Shown in pieces: positions 36,852-51,000 of a stretch of 64,000 nucleotides of DNA (position 1 is its first letter; each line of letters starts with the position of its first letter). The notes beneath the pieces are model-generated. The model ran no database searches. It was not told the origin of the DNA and was given only the letters and a program-made list of their open reading frames with translations. The translations under genes were made by a program, and so were the position numbers. The stretch spans positions 248,001 through 312,000 of the forward strand of contig LSRY02000045.1 in assembly GCA_001643675.2 (NCBI GenBank), written 5' to 3'. The stretch comes from Monocercomonoides exilis PA203. Lineage: Eukaryota; Protista; Preaxostyla.

Positions 36852-39800
36852 GGCAAAAAACGTAGTTGCTTTTCAAATAGCTCTATTTCATCATCACCAT
36901 CTGCATCTTTTGTTTTATGAGACACACCTCTTTCTACTCTCTTTCAATGCTTCTCATTCATCTTTTAATTTTTTAAATGCCTCATCTTCCTTTTCATCTT
37001 GAACTGCATCTATTTTTTGTTCTTTTTCTATTCGTACTTCATTCACACACGAAAAGAGTTCAATCAAATCTGTTTTCATCAACAAAGCAATCGATTCATA
37101 TTTAAGCATCTTTATTGAGCATTCCAGGCTTCAATTGAATAATCTTTTTTAAACCAACCAATTTCGCACAGTGAATTGAAGCATGCAAAATAAATGCTTC
37201 TTCTTCTGCTGCTGCGATTGTCTCAGTTGAAAAGGTTAAAAAAAAAAGGAGGGTGAAAGAGAAAGAGAAAGCAAGGATGAGAGAGAAATTTCGAATGCAG
37301 ATGAGCAGATTATTTCTGCCAGACTTTTGCTGAAAGATGCTTGTTTGAATCATCATCTGCCGATTCATTTTCTGTTCAATCACTCAAAGAATCTTCACGG
37401 TTATATTCTGCTTCTTCCACTTCTGCTCCAACGTCAATAACAGCTTCAAAAATTTCTTCATTTACCTCATCTTCCTCTTCTTCAACAACTTCTTCCTTTT
37501 TATCCTCCTCTCATCTTTTCTCTCAGCCCTCAGACAATTATCTCCTAAAGCCTGCAAAATTCAAATTTATCTTTTGAGTTTCTCATTTCTTTAACTATTC
37601 TCCTTCTCATTCTGTTTGTTTACCGTTTGATTCTCAGTCTTCCCAGAAAATAGATAAAAAACCTCTGCTTCCATCGTTTTTGAGTTCTTCTTCTTCTTTT
37701 CCTCCTTCTCCTTCTGTTTTGAGTGAGTTTCCCTCAAGTCTTCAGTCAGCACCTCCTCCTTTTCTGAATTCGATCGATGAATCCACTCCATCTCCTTCAT
37801 CGTCGTCTTCCTCCTTTCCTTTGCTCCTTCAACTCCTCCTCATTCTTCTCATTCTTCTTCTTCCTCCTCTGAATTGGTTCTTCTGAAGAATCTCACCTTT
37901 AAAAGAAGCCAACTCTGCTTCCCCTGCCTCTATTTGGTGGAATTTCAAGCATGCATCGATGTATCTTTTTTTTTTAGGTACTATCAAATGTGCATAGAAA
38001 TGTTGCAAATAATGGGCAGAGCGCTGTGATTAGCGTGTGGACAGCAAAGGATGCACTGATGGAGCAGATGAATGGTGAATTGAATGGGCTTGGAGGAGAA
38101 ACGAAGGTGGAGGAGAAAGGACGAGCAAAAGGAGACAGGGAGAAGAAGGAAGAAGCATTTTGCACAGATGAAGAATGATGCTGAGTTATTCGAAGAAATG
38201 GATGACAGAAAAGACTACTACGATGTGATGATTGAAATGTTGCTGATTCTGAATGCAAAGCAGTTACTGAATGAAGCATAGGAAGAAGCGAAGAGCAATT
38301 TCAAGATGGAGAAGAATAAAGGAAGGGATATATTAAATAAAAGCCGAAATCGATCATGTCTGTTGTGCAGGAGATAGACGAGAAGATAAAGAAGTTCAGG
38401 GAGCAGCTGAAGATGTTTTATAAAGGAGAAAGAAGAGGAAGAACTACACAAAATATCAGCGAAAAAGAAATTGGATGAAGAAAGTCTTTGGAGGTCTCAT
38501 GTATCAGTGCATTGGATGCAATCATTACTTCAAAAGAAGTGGAAACAAATGGGGCGGAACGTCAGATAAAACAGAGTTAACGACATAGTGAATAAAGAAG
38601 CAAGATAAAAACGAATCGAAGTTCACCGATGCAAAAAGAGGTGAAGACGACGAGATTACAGCAAATGACAATGAGGTGAAAGCGAAAGAAATACCGAATA
38701 AGGAACATGATAGCTGAACCAGGATGGCATGACAATTTGTCTCAGATACCAGAGTGGTGAAGGCAAAATAACTGTGATGATGAAGGAAAGCTCTTCGATG
38801 TTTGTTATGCCCGTTCCAACATCAGATGAAGAGTTTTCCCTGTTCTTTAAGTGCCTGTTCAAAATATTAGTGAAGCGAACGGAGTTGGAACAGAAACAGT
38901 GAAAGAAGACGCTTCGAGGGGAAAAAGAGAAGGAAAATAAGAGCGCGAGGTATTCACCAAGGAAAAAAAAACTCGGCAGGCATTCAGCTGATATCATGTG
39001 GATGAGAGAAGTGTATCAGATGTGGAATCAGGAGCTGATGAAGCAGTAGCACCCGGAGCCAATTACACGACAACAATTAGCTCTTTTCAATTTTTTTACC
39101 CCTTCTTTTGATAGAATCTCTTGTTAGGGTATAACAGAGAGCAGGAGAAAGTCGCTGAGCTTCACAAGGAAGACACGAAGCTATGGGGAAAAGGCTAATG
39201 AGGCTTCATGCAGGAAGGAAAGATAGATGAGGAGAAGATGATGGATATCTCAGTGATTATTGAGTAACCAGTTGAAGTTATGAAAGATTCTTTCGAGAAA
39301 ATCATTTTCAGAGAAGGATAGAAAGCCATGAAGAATTGGCAAACTTTAATAAAAAAGAAAAATCCTTTAAGAACATTAGCAGGAATTCGTTTCAAGATCG
39401 AGAATGAAAATAAAAGAGGCAGAAAGAAGAATATGAAAAAGTTGGGCAAAGGAAATTGCATCAGGATATAATCCTTGAGCGCAGAATTTGGAAGAGGAGA
39501 GAAAGAGGAAATAGGAGGAAACAAGGTCAATTCAGGTTGAAAAAGAAGACAAAACAAAAATTCGTCAAAGAAACAACGTTATATCAAAGAGATACGATTC
39601 TGTGTTTGAGCTTGGAGAGAATGCAATTATGAACCGCACAACTCAAAAGAAATGAAATTTATTCGAGCTTGGCAATTGCGTTGAAGGAGAGGAAAGAATG
39701 CGAATAAGAGGAAAAAGAGAAAGAGAAAGAGGTAATATTGAGAGAGGAGAGGCATCCAGCAACTGGATACTAAGTTGAAATGCTTCAAAACGTCTGGAGA

Positions 39801-41019
39801 AATATAAGGAGTGTTAGAAAAAGAAGATGAATACAAGAAGAAACCATCTTTGGAGTTTCGGAGGTTTTGCATTTTGATCATTGCGGCAGCCCGACACTGA
39901 ATTTGATGGAGAGAGAATTCATTTGGAGCTTTCAGGAAAGGAAGGCGATAATGACGATACGGACTAGTGCCATTTGCGATTCACTGATTGTAGAGATTGG
40001 ATTCGACATGACAGAAGAGAGGGAATACGAAGAGAACTGCAAAAACAATGAAATCAAAGATTTTTCATTCATTTTTTGGAAGACCAGAATTCATCATCAG
40101 GCAAACAGAATTAGAAGGAGATGAAGAAAATAAGATGAGACGAATCATGTTTGTCTTTGAAATTTCTGGGCTTAGCAGTCTATTTGCGGATGAATTGACA
40201 ATACGAGAATAAGAGATGGAAAAGGGAGAAGAAGCGATTTTAGCAAAGAATGAAAGAAATATTGAAAAATTCACTCAGAGCAACAAAAATGGCAGAGAGA
40301 CAGAAAGATATACAGAAAACAAAAGAAGCGACAGAGAATCCATTGAACATAGATATTTGACATCTCTATCTGAAGCAGAAGAGACAGATAATCAGATAAG
40401 AAATGGGTTGATTGTTGAAGTTGACTGTGTGAAAGTTTCGCTAAAAAAGGATTATTTACAAATCGACTTGCAAAAAAGTTGAATGTGATAGGAATGAGTG
40501 AAAATGATGAACGTTTAAAGTTGCATTTGGAAAATAATCATTACATATGATGAAAATCCTGAGAATTGATTTTGAACATACTCTGAAGGTTTGTAATTAT
40601 TATTTAATTCTATGACATGTTCTTTTCCTCCATTCAGCATGTTCAAGGAACAAGGCTCTACATGATTTTGAAGAAGAGAAATGGAAAACAATAGAAGAGA
40701 ATAAAGAAAAAGAAAGAACATTTATCTGAGAAAAAGCTTCGTCATTGGATAAGTTACAAAAAGCTTTGGAAGAAAGAAACAGCTGATGATGAACAATTTC
40801 CATCTTCGAACAATGAATAAGTTTACACCTCTATCTCGTCTCAACAGCTGCTGAAGAAGTGTTTTGCTACACTCACTTCAACTTCTCTTTCAAATAAAAA
40901 TCCATTTAAATCAAAATCAAGTTTATCAATCTCATTCTCTTCTCCCTTCCTCTTTGTGCAAAGAATGACATACAACATGAAGCTTTATTCCATGTGATTC
41001 TTTCATTTAACTATCGCCT

Positions 41020-42790
41020 TTAAGACAGATTCAAAAAGCAGAGAAGAGAGTTGATAAGAAACACCGCATCGAGCATATAAGCAATTGAGGAGCTATATGA
41101 AGGAAACCGGGGGCATGCCGATGCATCCTCAGAGTGCGATGACGATGAACATTCATGTGAATGAGCATGCGACGTTTCCGCAAATGGAACAATAATTCTA
41201 AATGGCAGATTTATTAAATATAAACTCGCAGCGGTTGACGAGCACATTGTTTGTTGCTGCGAAGGTTGATCGAGTCTGTGTTGCTCTTGTGAAGAATTTA
41301 AGAAGCATCCCATTCGCATGAGCACTCTTGTGCACAGCCGCTTTGTTCCTGTTTGATGGGTTGCTGACTGAGCCTTATGGATGCTGAGGAGCTTCACAAT
41401 TAATTGAGCATTCCTTGAATACCACTGAGAATCTATGGAGGAACGCGGCTGCGCTCCCAAGAATTGAGGGAGACCAGCTCCTGTCTATTGTGAAGTTGGA
41501 AAGATACGCAAGCTGTGCTGCTATTCCGCTCATAAATGTTGCGGCTGAGCTGGTCAAATGAAATGGCATTGAAGAAGGAGTGCATCAAGTTGAAGTAACA
41601 TTCTGCCATATTCGACCCCGAAGAATAAGAAGAATAGCGCGATCAGTTTCAGTTGCTAGATATGTAGCTATGAGGTGTTTGAAGGAGCTGAAGCCAACGT
41701 CAAACGCGAACAAAACTGTAAAGTTCGGGGAGGAGACGTTTATGTGAGAGAGAAAAGCGCGGGAAAATCAAAGACCAAGAAGAGCAGGCTGGGAGAAGTG
41801 GTTGTGCTAGTCTGCAAGAGAAAAGATTCAGTGGGGTGAAACGACAAGTCCATCGAGAAGGCAAAAAACTGTAGAGATGGTGGAAGCAAAGGGGGAATGG
41901 AAGGAGATATAGCAGCAAGTGAAGAAGCAGCTGTTGCGAAATGCAACATCAGCGAGCTGGTGAAGGCAAAGTGAACAGGAACTAGACTTTACAAAAAAGA
42001 CCCGACTTAAATTTGGAAAGGCAACTTAGGAGGAAGATGTGGAAGAATGCTGTGGAGATGAAGGCACAGGAAGCAGGAGGTGAGCCACCATGGTTGGCAG
42101 AGGAGCCAGTGTTTTGCTCGATTAATATTTGCTGAGCACGGAAGAAGGTTTTGAAGGAGATGAGATCGGCGTCGGGATCGGCATCGAGGTAGGGATAGGT
42201 GTGGGAGGAGTCGGAGCTGCGGATGGAGGTGATTGTAGCAAGAGAAGGATCGGTGAAGTCGAGAAAAAAGATGAACTCATTGACTTGGCCGGGGATGTTG
42301 GTGAACAGGAGAAAGATATCCATGCTCACAAAACAGTTCAAACAACAGCCTTCAAAAATAGCGCCAGAGACGAAACAACAGATTCACCTTGCTTTGTTCA
42401 ATTTTCTGGAGAATAAGAAAAAAATGCATTGATAGAGGTGGAACATACAATGTTGCCGGTTCGATGCTCAGTTACGGAGGATAATACTCTGGCTGACTCA
42501 ACATTTGCGTCAAGAGCAAGAAGTGTTGGAAGAGGAAGGAGAAAAGCATTCTGCTGAAGATTCGTTGTTGCGCCACAAACTTGCTAACTTCTTTCTAGAC
42601 TGAAAAGCAGAAGGATCTCTGTCAGGAATCTCAACTGAGTAGGCAAAGATAAAGGAAGGAGAAGAAACATAGAAGAACAGAGAACATAGAGAATGTGAGA
42701 TCTTTGGAGTCGTTAAAGCAATAGAATGCGATTCCAAAAAGAAAAAGATGAAAAATGAGAAAAATCGAGGTTGATGATGATGATGAAGAA
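41020..42790 (+). pseudogene. Decayed hypothetical gene
   Basis: Coding-like GC and GAA bias on + with many in-frame stops; no domain recognised. Confidence 0.3.
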
Positions 42791-43865
42791 GAACGGATAG
42801 AAATGAGGAAGAATTTTTTGATTTGTCAGAAGAGAAACTTCACTAATTTACGAAAAGATGAAACAAATTGGGTTCCAATTTTTGCTGTGAAATAATATAA
42901 TTGCTTTATCAAATTTGACACACTCAAATGAAAACATTCTTCGAATGATGTTTTTTGTTTTGAAAAATACACAAAAAATTATACAAAATGAAAATTTTTT
43001 CAATTAAAATAACAATTTTGCATCCAAATTAAAAACTTTTGCGTTCGAAAAGAAAAATTTTTCAAACGAAATTAAAATATCCTTTTTTTTCACAGGAATA
43101 ATATTACTTGAAAATTTCAAAATTTCCAGGAAAAAACAGTTTTTTTCAAGAATATATCTTTCAAGCGAGAAAAATAATAATTACACAAAACAATTTCCGA
43201 TTCAAAAGTGTAAATTTGATTTTTCAAAATTTCGTAAGAAAATGAAAAAAATTGTGAAAGGTTTTAAACAATTGGATGAAAATACGGACTTTCAAGCTTT
43301 TTTAACACAAAGCATTGAAAAATTGTATAACTCATAACTTTATTTCACTTTTTCAGATTTTGCAATAATTTTGTTGTTCACAACTGAAAACATGCATTGT
43401 TGAAATAAAAATATAAAGTTTTGTTACATTTCACGAATGTCAAAAAATCGACCCATTTTTATTGTGTCTTTTGAATTCAAAATGTTAATCAAAAGGACAT
43501 TATTTTTCAATGAAAATGCCTGAAGTTAAATATTTTGTCCCAAATGATAATTACAAAATGAAGTGCGAAATTTTTCTTTTTTCTGGTTAACTGTTAAACG
43601 AAATATAGGTCAGTCATTAAACGATGTCATTGTGTAATAAGTGTTTTATTCTGTTCATGTCGATTTTAATATTTGATAATTTTATTTAATATTATTTAAT
43701 ATTAGTTGATGAAAAAACATTTTGTTACCAATTAATATCATCAAATGAATAATAACTATACTATTTGAAGCAATATATTTGCATGATCATCGATTTCATT
43801 TTTCTTGTTATCCTTCACTTAAATATAAATTTATTATTATCAAACATCCGAATTATCCAGGATAT

Positions 43866-44072
43866 GGCTGATTCTTTTCTATATCAAACCTTCGTTAAAG
43901 TTTTGACAAAAGTTTTAATCTCAATAGGATTTACGGAAAAATGTTATTTCTTTCAAATCAATGTCATCAGTTGCTTGTATTTTCCGATGAAATTCATTTT
44001 TTCGAAAAATCCATTGTGATTAAAATTTTGATCAAAACTCGAATGAAAGTTTGATTTCAAAAAAAACCTGCC
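43866..44072. mobile_element. ~205 bp MITE, copy 3 (nested)
   Basis: GGCTGATTCTTTTC...TTTTGATCAAAACTCGAATGAAAGTTTGATTTCAAAAAAAACCTGCC; flanks ATAT/AAAT. Confidence 0.7.
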
Positions 44073-44419
44073 AAATCAAAAATCATCACACATATCAACA
44101 TTTGTAATGTGGTGTTAAAATATTTATATCACTTATTCAAATTTTCCAATTAATATCACTTATCACTCATTTCAGGAAGGAAATTATTTGTGTGTTATAA
44201 TAAAGTTTTATCATTCAAACATTCGAATTTTGATTTTTTGTAGAAAACCAAAATTTTTCTTTAGAAACATTGAGTGGGTGGATTATTTTTTTGGTAATTT
44301 TCATTAATAGGTGTATCTCATTAAATAAAAGCAAAAAACAGAAAGAGATCATTGTTTCAGATTTGACTTCCTCGTTTGTATTTATTTGAAACATTTTTAA
44401 TAACAATTTTTGATTCTGA

Positions 44420-45160
44420 TTCACCAAAAATAATTCTAAAATAAAAAATTAACAATTCAAATTCAAAAATTAATAATTCAATTTCGTAATTTTTTAATTC
44501 GATTTCGAAAAAGAATAAATCAATTTCGAAATAAGTTTTAATTTGATATGAGGAATAAATAACTTGTGTTTCAGTGTTTGCATTCTCTAAATTATAATCT
44601 CATCTATTCACTTAGTTTATAAATATTTCTAAAATGACGATATTTCATAAAAAAAACTAATTCCTTTTTAACTAAAATTTTTATTAAATTCAAATAAATA
44701 AGAAAAGAAAATGAATTCATTTTCATTAAAAAACGATGTTTTTCTCCTTCACTCCAAAAAATCAGAAAAATTATTGGATAAAAATTCTTGAATCCAGTTA
44801 TTCAATAAATATGATTGAAAATTCACTATTTCCATGAGGGGGTTCATAAGTGTGAATTTTTTCACTTTCTATTTTGATCATCAGAGTGATGTTTTCTATT
44901 GTGAATAAATCATCAAAATATTTTTTTGTCATTTGTTGCAATTCAAAAAACACTTTTCTTTGAGTTATAATATTTGATTGGTTTAAAAAAAACTTGAAAT
45001 TATTTGAAATCTATTCTCGAGATAAATTAATAATTTCTGCAATTAACAAATTTCGAAATTCAAATATTCTTTTTTGAAATCGAATTAATTCATTATGAAA
45101 TAGAATCATTAATTTTCGTATGTTAATTATTATATTTCGAATTTGTATTACTTTTGGTGT
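44420..45160. mobile_element. Nested degenerate foldback/MITE-like element
   Basis: CACCAAAA.TAAT...TAATTCGATTTC.AAAAAGAATA...AATTTCGAAAT (44420-44540) is inverted at ~45040-45160. Confidence 0.55.
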
Positions 45161-48080
45161 TATAATTTTAATAATTTTGAACTTTTATTTGATCATTTGT
45201 CATACATGTTTTCACCAAACTTTCTTTTTCTATCAGTTTTTTGCTATAAGGTTATGAAACATCCATGATGATCTTTTTGAATATCAAATGTTTTTTTATA
45301 AAATTAAATTTTTTTTGTTTTTGTTTTTGTTTTTCACATTTTGTAGTTTTTGATAAATAATTCAACAGAATGAATATGGGGCAAAATATGGAAAATGCAG
45401 AAAATAGGGGAACCAAAACTTTTTCGTTGTTTTGTGATAAATTACAATAAAAATCCAATTCACATTCATTCATGTGTTGCATATAAATGACACATCAAAT
45501 ATGAAAATTATTTTTTAAAAATGGTACAAAAAATTTCATATTCCAATTCATTTAAAAAGTTTTTAATATTTTGTTCCATTTTATAATATTGATATGAAAA
45601 GGAAAAATCAAATTATTACCGTGAAATACCTTGAAACAGGAAGTAATATCATGCTTGTCAATGGTGTTACATTTAAAGAAGATTTTGAAGTTGCGGATAA
45701 CCGTGATGCTACAAAATTATTTATTTAGTTAATATTTTGGGTTTCTTTTTTTCATGATTTATTTATTGATTCACACTAATTTTTCTCCAAACCCTAAAAA
45801 TTGTTATTATTTACCTTTTAAATAGCATGTGGCTCGATTATTATGCAGGATGAATGATTAGCTTTATGATTTTTAGGTTCCCCCATCATCTTCTCTTCCC
45901 CAAAATATATAACTTCAGGCATTTTCATTGAAAAATTATGCACATTTCATTGATTTTCTGAGTACAAAAAACACAATAAAAATGGGTCCATTTTTTGATA
46001 TACGCGGAATGACACAAAACTTCATGTTATGATTTCACTGATGCCTGTTTGCAGATATGAAAATCTTATTTATTCTGAAATCTGAAAAAGCGAAATAAAG
46101 TTATGAGTAAAACAATTTTTCAACACCTTGAACATTAAAAGCTTGAAAGTCCATATTATCATCCAATACTCAAATTTACTGAATTTATTTGCAATGTCAT
46201 GAAAATTTTGTAATGAAATAATTGCAGATAAAGTTTGGAACAAACTATTGTTTGTTTCATAATTACAAAAATTCCGTCCCATGAAATTAATGGCATAACA
46301 TTTATTTGATGTTTTTGAAAATGAACATGAAAAGAAAACCAGTTGCATGATGTATTCATCTTGATAAAACTTTGAGGAATATTACCGCTTTCGTTAATCA
46401 AATAAATATTTAATTATTTCAAATTTTCTCATTTCGCTATATGTTTTATTAAATATGACAAATAAATAGGAACAGTAATTTGTTTTTATCTTATTCACAG
46501 TATGACAAAATTTTCAAATCGTTATTGGTAATAATTTTTGAAATCATTTTTTATTTCCAAAAATTTTGGTTTGAAATTTGTTTTGAATGTTTCAAAATGT
46601 TCACTGAAAGGATATCATAAACTTAACAGAAAAATTTGTCGTGAATTCATTTCAAACATTGATTTTTCAAGCAATTGAATTCAATTCAACACTTGGAAGA
46701 AAACTTTTTGGTCAATTAACAAAAAGTCCAGGAATATTTAACACACCGAAAATAGTTATGATTTCAAATATAATTACCCTTATATGAAATAAAAGTACAG
46801 AAAACTACAGTTTTGAAAAAAATTTTTTTTTCAAAAAAATGAAATGCAAAAAACTCCTGAAAAAACAGAAAGAAACAAAAAATTTGAGTTTTTATTTTAA
46901 AAAAGTCACAAATATTCAATTTTCATAATAAAAAAATATTCATTTCATGATCAAATTATTGTTTCTGCTCACGAATTATCACAAGAGAGTATGCAATAGC
47001 ATTGGCAAGCAATAGATACCATATCAGTGAAATTTGGAGTGTGTCAACAAAATTATAATCAAAACATGAATATTTCAAAGAATTTGAAAATTTAACATTG
47101 GCAACTTTTCAAAAAGAATAGCACGTCTTTTGGAATATTAAAACGTCTCTATGGATGCTTAACAGAGCTTAACTTTAAAATCAACAAAAATTGAAATATT
47201 GTTTTTTATCAGAAAAACAATTTATCAATCATAAATAAAAATACCAAAAATCATGAAAAACAAAAACTATCGAAAGAGTGTAATTTATTAAAAATCAATT
47301 AGTTTGTAAATATGGCACAATATTCTTTTTCTATGTTTAATAATTATTTAATGACGTTCACTCAATGCAAAAAAGTTCTGATTAAAAAAAATGCACGGAT
47401 TAATTATTGCACGATTTTTCAAATGAACAGTTAGTGAAGTTGTTTTAAAATAGAAATTTTATGACATTAAACATATGTATTCATTTCTATTTAAAAATAT
47501 TAAACAAGCAATTGGAACTCATTCAAAAACATGTGAAAATTATAAATGCAAAAACAAAAAAAAAATTGTAATTTATTTAGAAATGATTATAGTTGTGTTA
47601 ATGTTGTTTCGCATTCATTGGAAAAACTTTAAATTAATTATTGTTGCAAATATTGCATCGGAAAAATATCATTTTTATTCCATCTTGAACCATAAGTTCA
47701 TTTTATTTTTATTTGTTTTTTATTTTTGCTCGTATAACGGATAATATGTGCGTGATTCCTTTGATTGTTTTTACAGCAATTACCATTATTAAAGGCGATG
47801 GGAAATGCCAGAAGGTGATAACCGATCCATCGCATGACGCCTTCTGTGAACAATGCGATGAAAATTGTCTTATTGAAGGATGTATTTCGAAAACGAGTAT
47901 GAAACGGCTTGTATATATATAAATATATATTTTATAACTGATTTTTTGCTTTGTTGAGTTTATGCCTCTGATAGTGAAGAGCTGCTCGATTATAATCATA
48001 ATTACAAAAATTGCGAAAAAGGAAAAGCCAACAAATATCAAATACGTGACTCTTCAATTCCTTTAAGTGCGTCTACACAT

Positions 48081-51000
48081 ATGGGGAGTATTTGCAAAGA
48101 AAGTCAACTTAAAGGAAATATGAGATTAATTAATTCATCAATTGAGTTAAATCAAATTTCATTGGAGAATTATGAAAATTGTTGTTTGGTGTGTGGAATG
48201 AGGGGGAGTGTGGTTGTGGTGAGGGGATGTGGTGTGGAGATGGGGAGAGGCAAGGAGGCGGGGGTGTTTGAGCTGGGCGGGTGCAGAGGGGTGTTTTGGA
48301 ACATCACGCTGAGAGGGGTTGGAAGGGGAGGAAATGTGTGTGGGAGACTGTTTGGAGGAGAGGGGAGGATGGGGCAGAAGATGAGCGAGAGAGAAGGTGG
48401 AGGAGGAATAGGAGGATGGGGAAGAGGAGGAGGTAGAGGTAAAGGAGGAGAGAGAGGAAGACAACGAGGAGGCGGAGGAAGAAGAGGTGGAGAAGGAAGA
48501 GGAGAAGGAAGTGAAGAAGAAAGCGAAGGAGGTGGGAGTGTATTGGTGAGTGAGTCTGATTTCTCATCTTTTTGTGTTTCATCAGCCCCGTTTCTGGCAC
48601 CACCCTTGACACCCCTTGTATCTCTCACCCAGCTGACCTTCTTCAACATCTCCACAAATCCATCGAAAACAACACATCTGGGTGAAGGGCTGAGCCAAAC
48701 CTCGTTTCTGATGAGTGGGTGCACATTTTCATCGGTGTTGGATGTTTGTGACGGGGGCATTGTCCCTTCACTGAACAGCCCCTCATCATCCTTGGCTGCC
48801 TCGAACACCTCGTTTGTCGGATGCTATCGCTCTCAGAATGTTGTAGTCAGCGGGAGTGAAGGGAATCCATCGAAACCAGCGAGACAGAATCAGACAGACA
48901 ATGGGGCAAATTCATTCACTTGGTGCGAGTGGAATGGCTCAAATACAACCGGGACAAGTAATTCTTATACAGATGGAGTTTCGAGTGGAGGGGCGATTAA
49001 TATGTATAATCTGGGATCTGGTACACTTTCAGTGAAATTTTGTTTGTTTAACGACTGCTACGCGCATTATGGCGGTGGTGGTATTATGTGCCGTGAGATC
49101 AGTTCTATCAAGATCGAGAACAACTCGTTCAATGCTTGCACTGCTCAAAATCGTTATGGAGGAGGGATATATGCTTATTATATAACTTCGTGTGTCAGGA
49201 TCAGTGGCTGCGAGTTCCAGAAATGCAAAGCGAATAGCGTCGGAGGAGGTCTTTATCTCGAAAATTTTAATGTTTCTGGATCTTCATGTATTGGAACGGA
49301 AAGTGGGAAAGGGGAGAGTGCTTGTGTGTTTGAGTGCTCATTCACTTCGTGTTCTCTAACAAGTCAATATGGCGGAGGGATGTATTGCTCATATGTTCCG
49401 GCTGCTTTCAAAATGAGGAGCCTCCAGTTCATTTCGTGCTCAGCAGTGTCATATGGCGGAGGATTGTGTTTAGATCCAAGACAGTCAACAGCTCCAAGCA
49501 ACAACCTTTATTGCTATTTCTTCTTCTTCCACGATTGCAGTTGCAATGCCTCCACTCCATATGGCCATGATGTGTATTTTCAAGATTATTACAATCTCTT
49601 TTCATCAAATAACCCGTTCTATGAATCGTACACAACAAATACTGATGAGAAGAGAGTGTGCTATTATTATAATGGTTATCAGCATACAGAAAAGAAGGAA
49701 TGGTTGAAGGAAGGGATGAAGGATCGGTATGTTGGGGTGGGTGGAGATGATTCGAGCAATCTGTGTGGGATGAGTGAGGCAACACCGTGCAAGACAGTGG
49801 GGCATGCGGTGGGGTCGAGCATGGCTCAGCTGAGCTCGACAATCACGTTGCTGGGTGGGAGGCATGTGAGCGAAGGGACAACGATCAGTGTTGGGGAAAA
49901 GAAGATTTCTGTTTTGGGGAAAGGGAAGACAGTGAGTGTGATTGGGACGAGTGCGCTTTCGACCTCTTCGACAACGTTGTTTAGCATATCATCTGGTCAA
50001 CTGGAGGTGGGGCATGTGGGGATCGACCACAACGCGACAAGAAGCCCATCGCCGAGTGTGTTTGTGGTGTCACTGGGGAGCGGGACTCTTTCACTGGAGG
50101 ATGTGGTGATCTCAGGTACAACTGGAGGAAGTGTTATATCAGCATCTGTGTTAGATGTTGCGCTGAATCAGCTGAAGATGATTGATATTGAGATCAAAAA
50201 TATAAAAATGAGTCAGCCTCTTTTCGCTGAACCATCATCAGCCGGATCATCATCAGGAGAGAGTTTGCTGGGTAATGTTACAATTCGGAATGTGAATCGG
50301 ACAACAGGGGATGGAGTGGTGATGGCAAAAAGCGTGAAGGGTGGGGAGACATTTGTGGTGTGGAATACAACAATAGAAGGATGTGAGTGTGTGAATGGGA
50401 ATGGAGGAGGGATAAAGGTTGAGTTGGCGTCTTCTTCAAGTCAAGTTAGAATTGGATCATCAGCATCGCACAGCGGAGGAACAACAAAATTCAACAAAAC
50501 GAAGTGCAGTGGATATGGAGGAGGGGTGATGCTATGGCTGGCAGATAGCTCATTTGGTTTTGAGATTTCATCGGTGAGTTTTGTTGGTTGCAGTGCAACA
50601 TTGGGAGGGAAAGATGTGTTTGTGAATGGGAGCAGGTTGGTGAGTGGGACAATAACAAGTTCAAAGCTGGATTTCTCACGAAATGTTTCTGTTTATGATG
50701 AGCTGATGGGATATGACCGGAATGAGGGAGGGATGGGAATATTCCCATTGAATGTGTTTTTGACACATTTTCAGGAGCAGCACATGTGGGGAATAAGGTG
50801 AATGGGTATGGAGGATATGACTCGTGGTTTTGTGGGTTTGGGTATTTTCCATGCAAAACGATCGCGTTTGCTTCACAGAACAGATTCAGTTCGTCAAAGA
50901 AGAACATTGTGTTGGATTCAGGGTTTGAGCTGGGAGAGGTTGTGTCGATGGCCGGGTCATATGAATGGGAGGTGTATTGTGGGATTAACAAGACAAATGT

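Larger units (their letters stand above)
43262..46175. mobile_element. Degenerate long-TIR non-autonomous element (~275 bp arms 43262-43537 / 45901-46175)
   Basis: Blocks GGACTTTCAAGCTTTT, ACTCATAACTTTATTTC.CTTTTTCAGATTT, GACCCATTTTTATTGTGT and TTTTTCAATGAAAATGCCTGAAGTTA recur in inverted orientation. Outer ends not resolved. Confidence 0.7.

Noticed and set aside
37980-40800. Possible transposase or retroelement remnant
   Set aside because: Coding-like composition, but no recognisable DDE, RT or recombinase motif; too decayed to call.
48790-49720. Diversity-generating retroelement behind the hypervariability
   Set aside because: Differences between paralogs are not adenine-specific, and no reverse transcriptase or template repeat is visible.
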